From contig JAWMAR010000105.1 of the NCBI GenBank assembly GCA_036785375.1, forward strand, positions 2,480,001 through 2,544,000: DNA of 64,000 nt, read 5' to 3'. The stretch comes from Leucoraja ocellata (Eukaryota). The notes below the pieces were generated by a model. It was not told where the DNA came from. It ran no database searches and saw only the letters and a program-made list of their open reading frames with translations. A program made the position numbers and the translations under genes. Shown here piece after piece: positions 1-13,099 of this stretch. Numbering within the stretch: the stretch's first letter is position 1; every line of letters starts with the position of its first letter.

Positions 1-754
1 GGCCATTTGGCCATTCGAGCCAGCACCTCCATTTAATGTGATCATGGCTGATCATCCCAAATCAGTACCCCATTCCTGCCTTCTCTCCACATCCCCCGAG
101 TCCGCGTACAAACGTACGACAAACTCCGTACAGACCACACCCATAGTCAAGATCGAACATGGATCTTTGGCTCTAAGGTTGTAACTCTACCACTGCGCCA
201 GTGTGCTGCCCTGTGGTACGATTCTTCTGCCCTTTATCGGGAGGTTTGGTATAATCCTGTTGCATGGTCTTGAGGTTCCCAATACCATTCTGAATACTCC
301 TCCTCCACTTTGACCAGTCAGGGGCCAAGTATTCATTCCCAAGAGTCTGGGGCGATGAGTGCATCCATTAACTTTTCCCTCTATCTGAAAGCTAATCTTT
401 TCCCGTAAAAGAGCTTGGAACAGGGTCTGTTTCAGGAGTCTGACGTCGGTCACATAAACAATGCGCCTGTTTAGTGTAGCTGACGGAGTGTAATGAGGAC
501 CTCCTGTACAGCAATATTGATCTAAGATCAAGAGCTGCAGAAAATGTAACTGCTGTAACAAGACTAGCTGCTGTTTGCAAATACATGCACCAATCTTGTA
601 ATTCACATAGCACGTAGCAGCTGGAAAGTCTGCAAAGATTTAAATATGACTGGTAAAATTTTAATCTCATCCTGTTAAGAATATTAGGATTGACACCTGC
701 TGGAACGGATTTCAAATCCTGAATTACACCATCACTTTTTCAAAATTATCATAA

Positions 755-1070
755 GACATGGGAGCAGAATTAGGCCATTCGGCCCATCGAGTCTGATCCG
801 CCATTCATTCATGGCTGATCTATCTTTTTTATCTTAACCTCATTCTCCACGTGACCTTTGACGCCCTCACTAATCAAGAATCTATCAATCACTGCTTTAA
901 AAAGACCCAATGACTTGGCAATAAATACCAAAGATTCACCACCCCCTGGCTACAGAAACTCATCTTCATCTCAATTCTAAAAGGTACGTACTTTCATTCT
1001 GAGGCTGTGCCCTCTGGTCCTAGACTCTCCCACTACTGGAAACATCCTGTCTCTGTGCATTCTACCTCTG
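755..1070 (-). mobile_element. CR1-clade LINE 3' end
   Basis: gcagaattaggccattcggcccatcgagtc... shared 3' sequence; further short copies at ~1-95, 1980-2100 and 61895-62025. Confidence 0.8.
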
Positions 1071-4000
1071 CCTTATAGCTAAAGCAACCTGAGAAACTTG
1101 TGCTTGACTATATTTTTCCTCCCAAATGGCTCATTTAGTAATTTTCCGAGCATACAACAAGGAGAATAAGGTCTGGACAATTGCTGAAGGGATTTTGACA
1201 ACCAATGCTTAACAAGCCTTTGCTTGTACAGGTACAACTCTATAATCATTGCAATAGAAGCCATATAGAAGCCTGATGTGATTCTAGATTAGCTAATAGA
1301 GAGTTTAAAATGTTGCTTTAAACCTACAACATTTTTTTCATCTAATTCTTCCACCTTTCACTGAGATTAAAACAGCCCATTGAAAATTAAATATTTACAC
1401 ATTTTCGATAGGGCTATGAAAACAGCACAAGCTGTTCCAATGGAAATTACGTTTTTATGTAATACTGTTAATTATGGACTCTGAAAATCATAATGATTTT
1501 AGTGTTGGAGCAGCTAATCATCCCATCGAGTAGTACAGCCCCATGCAAGAGCGATCCAGCGAGTCCCACTCGTCTGCCCTTTTTCCACGCTCTGCAACGT
1601 AATTATTCCCCTTTAAGCATTTATCCAGTTCCCTTCAAAACACAAAATTAAGTTTATTAAAAAAAAATTGCAGATGCTGGAATTCTGAAACCAAAACAGA
1701 AATTGTTGGAAAATCTAAAAAGGGGTCCTGACCCAAAAAGTCCCCTATCTAGGTTCTCCAGGGATGCTGCCTGACTCCCTCAGTTACTCCAGTTTTGTAT
1801 ACCAGTCATGGCTTCTTCCTCCCTCTGGCTGTAATTGCCAGATTCCAACCATTCTCTATGTTGATAGTGTATCCTAGCGTCATCTTTGAAGTTTCTCTCA
1901 ATCTACTTCGCCTAAACCATTCCTGATGTTAACTGTCTCTATCAGATGTCCTTGCACCTTCTTCCTCTGTTCATATTTTAGAAGCAGAATTAGGCCATTT
2001 GGCCCATCAAGTCTACTCTGCCATTCAATCATGGCTGATCTATTTTTCCCTCTCAACTCCATTCTCCTGCCTTCTCCCCATAACCCCTGACACCCGTACT
2101 TTTCAAGATTAGTCTCAAGGAGACCAGTCCAAGCTCTACCAGTTTGATCATAAAATTGTTCATATGTTTAGTCAATCATTTCTGCACCCTTTAAAACCTT
2201 CACATCATGCCTAGATCGTGACTCCAGTTATTGCTGCCCTAAAGTTTTTAATTATTAAAAATAGATTAATCGTGTCTTCTTCGCTCCTGCATTCTCGTCT
2301 CTTTATTGTAAAGGTCCCCACCCCCTAGATGTTTTAATTATTTTGTCCATCTGCCCAGCCAATTTCAACAATTTATACACATCTAGTTTCAGCACAGCAT
2401 CTGTTCCATCAACTTTTCCAATATCTTCCTTCTAAATTATTTACCTATTCCACCAATTTAGTCTACTTCTGACTCCCACACAATTGAACAGATTTCCAAA
2501 TGTTGTGCCTTCTGCATATTATAAAGTCATGCCCTGCACACCCAAGTGTCATATGTTCAGAAATAGTGGATCTAGCACCGACTCCTGAGGTGCTGGCTTG
2601 AAGGGCCGAATGGCCTAGTCCTACTGACTCTATTGACTCTAATATGTGTTGTCCTCTTCTGGTTACAACTGTTCACTAATACTCTCCGTTTCCTGTCACC
2701 TAACCAATATTGTTCATTTTACTTCATTGACTTAAATCGTAATGACAAATTCATAGCATGTTATCAAATATTTCTGAGAGTTCTTTTGTCCAACATCAAC
2801 TGCATTTCCCTCATGGACTCTGTTATCCCCATCAAAAAATGCTGGTGTTTTACTTGAACGTGATTTGCCTTGAATAGGTATTTTCCAAATCACCCCGCAT
2901 ATGTCCAAGTGACTGCTAATTCTGCCCTTAGATTATCCTTTCTTAATGTTTCCCCATCGCCAAGAATAAACTGACTGGGTTCTGTAATTTGTCCTTGACG
3001 TATAGGACGCAATACTGGGATAGCATAGATTTAGTGTACGGGTGATTGCTGGTTGGCACCAACTCGGCGGGCCGAAGGGCTTGTTCTACGCTGTGACGTT
3101 AAACTAAACTAAATTAAATCCAAATCACCATTGAAAAGGTGGTAATGAGCTACCTGCTTGAACCACTGTACCTTTGGTGAAGGTGTGTTGGTGAGAGTTT
3201 CAGGATTTCAACTCGTCTACAATGAAGGGAAACATGATATATTTCCAAGTTTGGATGGTGTGAAATTTGGTGGGGAAACCTGCAAGTGGTGGTGTCCCCA
3301 TGCACCTCTTGACTTTGCCATCCTTTGTGGCCTCAGTCACAGATTTGGGACACATTCTCGGAGTGGCCTGGGTATGTAACTATGGATGGTACACACTGCA
3401 GCCACAGAGTGCCAGTGACTGAGTTATTTTGGAATGAGGGACTTAAAGTCTTTTTTAAAAAAGCTCTTAAATTTATTATCTTCATCAGTAAAATATAATC
3501 TTACTAAATGGACCAATTTAAAAATGGATAAAAGGCTCATATTAACATGATATAATGTACCATTAACAAACCTTTCGGTTTATAGCTGTTATAAAATTAT
3601 AATTCCTTTGTATAAAAGATTTGACATTTATTTTTGTCTATTATAAAATGTATACATTTTCTACACCACATGATAAGGTAAAGCTGGAAGCATTGACAAT
3701 TCATCCAAAACATTCTGAATGGGCTAAAATTTGTGAACAGTACATCCTTTCCTTTATGATTTATACATTTAAAATGGCTCCTGTGAGATTAGCTAACCTT
3801 TCTCCCAGTTTTGATGTACGACACGGGCAATGTCATCAACACTGAGATGGAGCTATTAAGGCTGCAATGTGGGAATGATTTATCGGTCACTTGTCCATTC
3901 CCATTAATGAAAAACTGAATTAACCCAGAGACAAGGTAATAAACATTGCACTTTGCAGAACTATCTGAAGATCTTTAGTGAGTGTACTAAAAACTGTACT

Positions 4001-4198
4001 ATCTCATTAAAGTGATTTATCTGATCTTTGCAAAATTATTGTAGAATTATTTATTTTCCTGTAAGCTATTTTCTCACAAGCAGAAGGCTATATTTTACAA
4101 TAATAAACCAGGCTTTAGCCTTTTGGAGATAAATAAATATACTGGCCTCTCCCCTAGTCGTTTAACCTGTTCCTCGGCTCTCCATATTGTATCTCTCT

Positions 4199-4837
4199 TG
4201 AATAAGCGAGTTCAGTATTCTGACTGCTCATGCCCAGGTCATGGGTCACTCGCGATAAACATTCTCGGCAGCGGTGCTGCTGCGTGGGTGCAGACCAGCT
4301 TTTCGTCCGTGGTCAGGATTGGGCCCGGGTCTCTGGTGCTGCTGAGTTGTTGCTGGGCCATCCCCGTCCATGTCCGAGGGCGGCCAGGCTGTCTGACGTC
4401 GGCCCGTTGTGGTGGCGCGGGCTTGCAGCTGGCGTGGAGCGGAGGCGCTGGCTCTGGCTTGGCTCTGCCTGTCCCGCCGGTCAACCGGTTGACCGGCGGC
4501 CCTGGAATGGCGGGGCGCCAGCCCGTTGTGGTGGCGGCCCGGGCTTGCAGCCGACATGGAGAAGAAACGCTAGCTCCATTGATCAGTGCTGGTGTCCCAT
4601 CAGGACAGGCAGAGTTGAGCTGGAGTTGGTGCTTCTTCTCCGCGCTGGCTGTGGGCCTGGAATGCCGCTGTATTGGCAGTTCGGCGGCGCCAGAGGCCCG
4701 GGTTCGATCCTGGCTGCTGATGGGGCGCGGGTCTCTGTGCATGCGGCAGCACGGTTGCCGGGGGTGTTTATCGCGAGTGACCTTTGACAAATTCCATGAT
4801 TCCTTGCGTTTTTCGGAATACCGAACTCACTTATTCA
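4199..4837 (+). repeat. GC-rich nested fold-back element with G-T-rich stems
   Basis: Inverted arms at 4199-4223/4813-4837, 4244-4352/4674-4782 and 4420-4474/4603-4657; perfect 26 bp palindrome at 4474-4499; internal direct repeat at 4402-4454/4521-4576. Confidence 0.9.
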
Positions 4838-5250
4838 CATCTTCCCAAGCCAACAATGGGCCCACTAGGGCACCATCCTGCCGGAGGTTATTTGTGGCTG
4901 GCTCTGGTCTTTTCTTCTTGCTTCTTGTTCCTCTTATCCCCCACCTCCAATCCCTTACTTTCAGTCTGAAGAAGGGTCCCAACCAGAAAGGTCACCTATC
5001 CTGTTTGTCCAGAGATGGTGCCTGACCAACTGAGTTACTCCAGCACTTTGTGTCCATCTTTGGTATAAACCAGCATCTGCAGTTCTTTATTTCTACTGAA
5101 ATTCACACCAAGCTAAATTTCAACTTAACCTTTCACTTTCAGGTATTTTAAACAGGTTGTTAATATTTCCTGTTTTTAATGTTATTTTTTAGAACGTGCT
5201 TGTCTATTTCGAGATCAAGTTTATACGATCAAACTGTCAAAAAACTGAAT

Positions 5251-5460
5251 TGGAGACACAAGGAACTGTAGATGCTGGAATCTTGAGCAAAACACAAAGT
5301 ATTGGAGTAACTCAGCAGGTCAGGCAGCATCTGTGGAGGGAATGAATAGGCAATAATTTCGGTCGGACCCTTCTTCAGAGTCTGGATTCGAAAAGTCGTC
5401 TGTCCAGTTCCTCCACAGATGTTGCCAGACCTGCTGAGTTACTCCAGCACTTTGTGTTTT
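5251..5460. mobile_element. Penelope pLTR-derived fold-back mini-element (older)
   Basis: aaaacacaaagtattggagtaactcagcaggtc...gacctgctgagttactccagcactttgtgtttt. Confidence 0.75.
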
Positions 5461-6575
5461 TTACTCAAAAAAACATTGTAGGTAGGATTGAATTTATCAG
5501 TTTGAATTAATAATTATTGGGGAAACAAAAGCCTTGAGCTGTATCAAATTTTTTTTTTTTGCAAATAAAATTCTGTTGGCTATGATTGTCAACACTACAA
5601 GTTTTTTGTTTTTTTTGCAAATAAGATAGTGCAGGGCTTTTGTTTAAACAATATTTTTGCTTGAGCAGTCAAAATGAGAGCATGATGATGCAGCGGTCAG
5701 TGCTGAAGATTCAATCTTGACCTAGGTGCTGTCAGTACATAGTTTGCCTGTTCTCTCTGACAGTGTGAGCTTCCTCTGAGCTTTCTGATTTTTTTCCATG
5801 TTGTAAATGTGTGCTGACAGTTTGATTGCCTCCTGTGAACCACCTCTTAGTTAATGGCTAAGAAAGAATCAAAGGGGAATCTGATGGGGATGTGTGAGAG
5901 ACGGAGAATAAATATAGGGAAGTAAGAGGGGGAACGGGACTAATAGGATTGCTCCCCAGAGCCGCAATGAATTGAACAGAATAGCCTCCTTCTGCATCAT
6001 TATAAATAAAAAATGAGGTGTGGTAGATCAAATTTGTGTGTGGTTATATAATAGAATAGTCTTTACCACCACTAGAAGAAAATTCCCTAGGATAGTAAAA
6101 CTACAGGCAGCAGTGTGCTGGAATTATTATTTAGTTGCAATTTATTAGAGGGGACAGTCAAATAGTTGGATAAACTGTCAAAAATCTGAATTGGAGACAT
6201 GAGGAATTGCAGCTATTCCTAGTGTTCCTGAGAATCCCGTCGGAAACTGTAATTTAAGCCTGCAGAAAGCCTTCAGGAACATAGAAAATGTTGTGGTGAA
6301 ATTAAAAAGGATAATTACAAAAGCAAAGAGGGCATGGAAAAGTACCACAAGGTAAAAATGATTTTTTTTTTTAAATTAAAAAAATGTGAAGATGTTTCAT
6401 AGGAACACAAAAAAGGAAGTGGAGGAAAAACAAGGAAAGAGAAAGGCTTTCCCAGACCTCCCTGTGGGTGGAGGATGAGGATAGGCTGTTTTGCTGAATG
6501 CCTGGCAGATAGCTGCAAATCCTCCAACGCTTTTCAGAGGGATAGATGTTTGACTCCGGTTGTCAGGATTAGACG

Positions 6576-6589
6576 GTTACCATGGCAAC
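6576..6589. promoter_or_regulatory. RFX X-box GTTACCATGGCAAC
   Basis: Canonical near-palindromic 14-mer X-box in non-repetitive sequence. Confidence 0.55.
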
Positions 6590-6904
6590 ACCCACTTGTT
6601 GTACCTACATACCATATAATCACCAACCTCACCTCATCCACCCCCAATGCCTCCCCCTCCCCACCCATACTACAGAATCAACTCAATTAGAGAACGCAAG
6701 ATGAGAAAATAAAGCAGATTTCTTGAAAATTAAGCCTACCGTTGGTCGTCAGAGAACAATGTTTAACCTATCCAAGTAATTTTAATTTCGGTAGAAATGT
6801 GAATACTTTGACAAAAATCTTTTAACTGCGGACTGAAATACAAAATACGGGAAGGTATTACTTGATGCATTTATGGTTGAGGAGGAAAGCAGTCTTCTGT
6901 TCAT

Positions 6905-7240
6905 AAGTTGTAGGAGCACAATTAGGCCCATTAAGTCTACTCCGCCATTCAATAATGGCTATCTTTCCCTCTCAACCCCACTCTCCTGCCTTTACCTCAT
7001 AACCCCCGATGTCATTAATCAAGAACCCATCAATCTCCGCCTTAAAAATATCCATTGACGCCCTCCATAGCCATCTGTGGCAAAGAATTCCACAGATTCA
7101 CCACCCTCTCGTTAAAGAAATTCCTCCTCATCTCCTTTATGAAGGTACGTCTTTTTATCCTGAGGCTGTGCCCTCTGGTCCTAGACTCGCCCAGGAGGGA
7201 AACATCCTCTCCACATTCACTCTATCCAGGCCTTTCACTA
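6905..7240 (-). mobile_element. CR1-clade LINE 3' end
   Basis: Same subfamily as 755-1070. Confidence 0.8.
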
Positions 7241-8550
7241 TTAACTGTAAAACAGGGGAACCATAACGACCTGGAGGATGTGTAACTGCTGCTTAGTTTA
7301 CAGGGAAATGCAAAAGCAAACCTTCACTGCAGTTACATAAAATCAATTACGAAATATTTTATTTTTCATTTAAATAAAGAATCACAAGTTAAAATCAAAA
7401 ACTAGTTTGAAACTACTATTCTGTGTTGACCATAATCTAACATTGTAAATATAATAAGTTTAAACAAGAGATTATTTCAGGTAGTTGCATTGGCCAAGCT
7501 GCAAAGACTGGGCTGTTCAACCCATTACAAGGTTAAATATTGTCACAGAGAAAACTTCACCATTAGTATTAGCAACTTTGGGGCTAGAGTAGAATGAGCC
7601 CTTGACAACTTAGCAGTTTTAATGACTGAAAATGGGCTTGTACAAACTGATCACTATTACAGCATCATGTTTGGCAGAGATATTGTGGGCCGAAGAACCT
7701 GTGCCTGTGCTGTATTGTTCTACGTTTTATGCAGCTTGTTACAGTTATAGCATCATACAGAGATAGAGCATGGAATCAGGTCTTCAACCCACCCACTTCT
7801 TGCCAACCATCAAGCATTGAGTTACATTAATCCATCCTAACCCGTTTCATGCTCCCCGCAATCCCAACTCCCTTCAGATACTACTACTCATTAAGGGCAA
7901 TCAATAGCAGGCAATTGACCTACTAACCTGCACATCTTTGGAAAGTGGGAGGAATCACAAGCCCTCAGGGGAAGGTGCAAACTCCACACAGACAGCGTTT
8001 GAGGTCAGGATTGAGATGGGGTCACTAATGCCATTGAATGGATCTCTCCTCTTCATAATTTCCTACTTCCCATGGTGTATTTGTGGCATTTACTGACACT
8101 GTTGCTGATGCAGCATTTCAACAGGAGAGACCGAGTGTCTATCAGCCCAGATGATAAACAGATGACTATTTGCCACAGTCCAGATGTAGTTGACTAACTA
8201 CTACTATCTCCAGACTCAGGATCAAAGTACCTCAAACAGTCTCAACACAAACAACAGATGTCTTTGAGAAGTGCCATGCCGATCAATACCATCATCTCAT
8301 GGTTTTCATTTGCTAGGTTAAGCCATATAAACTAGCGAAAAATAAAAAAAATCATTTCTGCCAATATTTCCTGGCCAGTCACTCTTCACAGATGCATTGA
8401 TCATCAAGTTGCATTTCTGGTTACTACTTCAACAGAAGCAGGCAGTAAACTATTTCTCATGGTTTGCTCTATTTTAATATACAGAATTTGTCTACAACCA
8501 TTTGAAATTCTGAGGCTACAATGATACTCCTAACTCCTTCACAGCAGACA

Positions 8551-8832
8551 GGGGCAGCACGGTGGTACAGCGGTAGAACTACTGCCTTACAGCAGCAGAG
8601 ATCCAGGTTCAATCCTGACCACGGGTGCTGTCTGTACAGAGTTTGTATGTTCTCCCCGTGACCTGCATGGGTTTTCTCTGGGTGCTCTGGTTTCCTCAGA
8701 CACACCAAAGAAGCAGAGGTTTGTAGGTTAATTGGCTTTGGTTAAATTGTCCCTCGTGTGTGTAGGATGATGTTAGTGTACAGAGATCGCTGGTCGGCGT
8801 GTACTCAGATACCGCGCTCTATCTCTAAAACT
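8551..8832 (+). mobile_element. tRNA-derived SINE
   Basis: A-box (tggtacagcggtaga) and B-box (ggttcaatcc), followed by the family core. Confidence 0.85.
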
Positions 8833-8918
8833 AGACAGGAAAAGGCAATGAAACTTTCCTATAAATTTCTACTATTAAATGATGCGTGTTATGAGAAAAT
8901 GTTATGGCTTTAACAGTG

Positions 8919-9548
8919 ATAGAAACATAGATACATAGAAAATAGGTGCAGGAGTAGGCCATTCGGCCCTTCGAGCCTACACCGCCATTCAATATGATCA
9001 TGGCTGATCATCTAACTCGGTATCCTGTACCTGCCTTCTCTCCATACCCCCTGATACCTTTAGCCACAAGGGCCACATCTAACTTCCTCTTAAATATAGC
9101 CAATGAACTGGCCTCAACTACCTTCTATGGCAGAGAATTACAGAGATTCACCACTCTCTGTGGGGAAAAATGTTTTTCTCATCTCGGTCCTAAAAGATTT
9201 CCCCCTTATCCTTAAACTGTGACCCCTTGTTCTGAACTTCCCCAACATCAGGAACAATCTTCCTGCATCTAACCTGTCCAACCCTTTAAGAATTTTGTAA
9301 GTTTCTATAAGATCCCCCCTCAATCTTCTAAATTCTAGCGAGTACAAGCCGAGTCTATCCAGTCTTTCTTCATATGAAAGTCCTGACATCCCAGGAATCA
9401 GTCTGGTGAACCTTTTCTGTACTCCCCTATGGAAAGAATGTCTTTCCTCAGATTAGGAGACCAAAACTGTACGCAATACTCCAGGTGTGGTCTTACCAAA
9501 ACCCTGTACAACTGCAGTAGAACCTCCCTGCTCCTATACTCAAATCCT
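8919..9548 (-). mobile_element. CR1-clade LINE 3' end (young)
   Basis: LSYEERLDRLGLYSLEFRRLRGDLIETYKIL (CR1 ORF2 C-terminus) plus a (TTCTATGT)n-type tail. Confidence 0.92.
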
Positions 9549-12500
9549 ATGATCAATTCAATTCCATATTTTTTAATTTTCTTATTAATTTCTTATAGTC
9601 TTTTAGATGCAATTAAAATCACACAAAAAGAAATTAACTATCATGATTGATATTGCAGCATTTGAATTGATTGTGTTATCTTTCCACATTTACATTTTGA
9701 GACACAGTGGTGCTAAATGTTTTACCTGAACCAAATGAAAATGAGACCCTTTTCTGCTCTGGACACATTTACAATGTTGCCCTATGTAATAAATATGTGA
9801 CTTACTGTATGAATGCTTGTAATCATTATGGAGCTGCAGACATCAGATACCACTCACTGGTTTCAGTCAGACATCCCCTCTTCACACAGTTCTCGTGTTG
9901 GCTCTGTGATGATATGGCTGATGTTGTACCAAATCACACAGATAACAGATGTCCCAGATTTCATCCCGTCTCTGCTGAAGTAAACAAGCAAGTTTTTTTT
10001 AAATATATGATCGCAGTGCGTGACATTTTCAACACAGCTCAGAAATGAAAGACCAAAACATTAGCTTATATTTGTATGGTGGAGACACAAAGCTGGCTGA
10101 GATTAAAAAAAAAATGATACTCTCCTTCTGACCAGTAATGGATCCAAATATCAATTAACTTACTCATTTCACCTCGCCATTTGTGGTCAACCACAGGAAA
10201 TACCAATTTTAAATGAGGCAGTCTGTATGGAAAGGATAAATACAGCAAATTTTGACGGTGCGGATTGTATTTCCTGTGAGTTAATTATACAAGAACATTA
10301 CAGATGGAACGGTAATTCACAATCACAAGTCTCGATAACCAAAGATGATGCATTGAAAAGAAATTCAGATTCATATTCAACACCATGCAAGAAAAAAACT
10401 GGAACTAATTGTGATAGCTTTGCCATTTCTCTTGCATCTCCCATCTCCATTTAGATTTTACTTTAGACTTTCGAGATACCATGGAGAAACAGGCTTTCTG
10501 GCCCACCGAGTCCGTGCCAACCAGCGATCACCCTGTAGTGTACACTAACCTACACACACTAAAGACATTGCTTTTTACAGCTTATTGAAGCAAATTAACC
10601 TGCAAATCTTTTATGTTTTGAGTGTGGGAGGGGGAGTAATAGAGAGACAAACTATGTTAATAGCAGAGGAGAAATGAAATCTCCCTCGTATAGTCAATAA
10701 CATTGATTGTATTTATTACATCCCCTCTGAATGGATCGTCATTACCCTGTGTGCTGCTGCATCAGGTTAAAGGTATCTTGGGGACCACTACTATCAAACT
10801 ATGGTGACCTGAATGGGTCGATAAGGTGAGTAAGAAGGCAAACGGGAAACAGATTTATTGGCCGATGTAAAGAGAAAACTTTGCGTAAGCAGAGAGATCT
10901 TGCTTTAACTGTATAAGACGGCAGATGGACTAGGTGCTGGGGTACTGTATACAAATTTCAGTTAATAGGTAGGATTAAAAGGGAGTTGAAAAATTGTTAT
11001 ATGTGGAACTCATTGCACAAAAAAAATGGGTGTAGCAGAAACCCTCACACATTTAAAAAGAACCTGGATGAGAATTTGAAGACCTATTCTCAAGGCTGTG
11101 CATCAAAGCTGGAGAGTGAGTTAAACTTAAAGACAATTTTTGGCTGACATGTATAGGATGGGCTAAGTGGCCTTCTTGTTATAGTAAATATCTATGATCT
11201 GATCACCTGTTGCCTCATCTATGCAAAACATGTCCACTGTCCTTTTTCGAGTGACAGACTCAGTACAGCACAGAAACAGGCCCTTCTGCCCACTATGACT
11301 ACCACCATGCCCACTTTCCTGCATTGATTCCATATCCTCCATTCCTTGCTCATTCAAACCTGTCCAGGTTGCCCTGAAATGTTTTTTTTGTTCCTGCCTT
11401 CACCACCTCCTGACAGCTCATTCCTGATACTAACTGCTGCAGATGTGTAAACATTTACCCCTCAGATTCCTTTTAAACCCCCTCCATCTCACTTGACGAG
11501 GCATTGGGGGGGCGGGGGCATCGACAAAGTTACAAAGTGTTCAATGTAGTCTAAGAACAAAGAGGAACTATTGAAGACTACACTGAACACTTTGTAACTT
11601 TGTTGGTGCCCTATTTGTGGCGACTCTTTGCATACTCGCGCATGGTATGCAAAACAAAGAATTTCACTGTGACATGTCACATGTAATAATAAAGTATCAA
11701 TCAATAAACCTATGCCCTTTTGGACAAGTTTTGGACAAACTTATCATGGAAAATAGATTTGCTGTCTATCCTATCCAAGCCTCCCAACTTTAAATACCTC
11801 TATCATATCACCTCTCAGCCCTTCATTCCAGGGAAAGTAAACCAAGCCTATCCAATCTCTCCTGATAACTGAAGCCCTCCAATCTAGGCAACTTCCTTGT
11901 GAATCTTTTCTGCACCTGCCTAACTTAAGCATGTCCTTCCAAATCTGCACACAATTCTCCAAGTGCAGACTAACCTGCATTTTGGGCAATTGTAACATTT
12001 TGTCCCAACCCTTATGAAATGTTTATTCCCCAGTTGACTGCTCGGTGGTCTTTTGACATCAGCAAGCATCTATTTCCCTTTTGGTTATTTTCTTATTTCC
12101 TTGCTCCTTATTTCTCAACATATCTGACATGTTTTGATTTTATTCGTAGTTGCATCACAATCTGTTCTATCAGGCAGTCAATTTCAGTTATCATAGACCT
12201 TTCAAATAATCCCTCAACCCAATTTTGGGGTTAGGAAAGTGTATGGTACCTAGCATTGCATGTACAAATTCCACTTCAAATTAAGAGAAAGGTATGTACA
12301 GTGAATGCATGAAATAGGAGGAGGAGGCGGAAACCTTGCAAAATCATAGCTCACTAGGTACAGGAAGCCTCCTCACATTCTGAAAATATGCTATTCAAAA
12401 GCATTCCTCTAGTCCATCTCTGGGCAATGACAAGGAAAGGGCAACCTATCTATGAAAAATACGAGCTCTCAATCAACAGAAATGCCTTTTAACCACCACA

Positions 12501-13099
12501 TTTCTTAAGCAAAATGCCTAGAATTCTAAAACAAGTTCTTAGCATTTGATATTGATTTTCTCAAAAAATATTGGTCATGAAATTCTGCTGCTATCTGATC
12601 ACAGTAATCATGGCTAGAGCCCTGAAAATATATAGCCAGGATCCCTTCCCAAATAAATGAAGCATTCTGAATCGTCGTTTAGGTGCTCAAGGTGCTCTTT
12701 GCTTTACCTCTGAATTAGTAAACCCAGTGCCTCTCACTTACAACTTAAAGAGCTACTGACCTCTATAACCCTTTGACAATTGATTGTTTATTTTCTGTGA
12801 ATCACTACTTCCTGATATTTATCCTCCATTTCACCTGTAACGTATCTGAATTCATGCTGTACAATGGCAAACTAACTAAAACAAGTAGGCTTTACAAGAC
12901 ATTCTGAATAACAAATCACTGAAGAGTTAAAAGCTACAAGTTCAGCTCATGTAAATGCCCATTGGGATTACAGTTTTGAACTACATCTCATTTATCAGTA
13001 ATCCTCTTTGAAACCTACACACTTTAGTTTGCAGTCCACAGAGTGCACTGCAATAAATCCTATCTTGTTCTATCAACAGGACAAACATCTTGAGGCAAC

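Noticed and set aside
187-715. Minus-strand ORFs as possible ENKD1, PARD6A or ACD exons
   Set aside because: No similarity to these proteins as I recall them, no convincing donor site, and the longer ORF runs into a SINE.
4123-5025. Overlapping long ORFs (300, 185, 183 and 103 aa) on both strands
   Set aside because: Explained by high GC, A depletion and the inverted repeat (VTRDKH appears on both strands); no recognisable domain.
8551-8625. tRNA gene
   Set aside because: The A/B boxes belong to a multi-copy SINE head; no complete cloverleaf.
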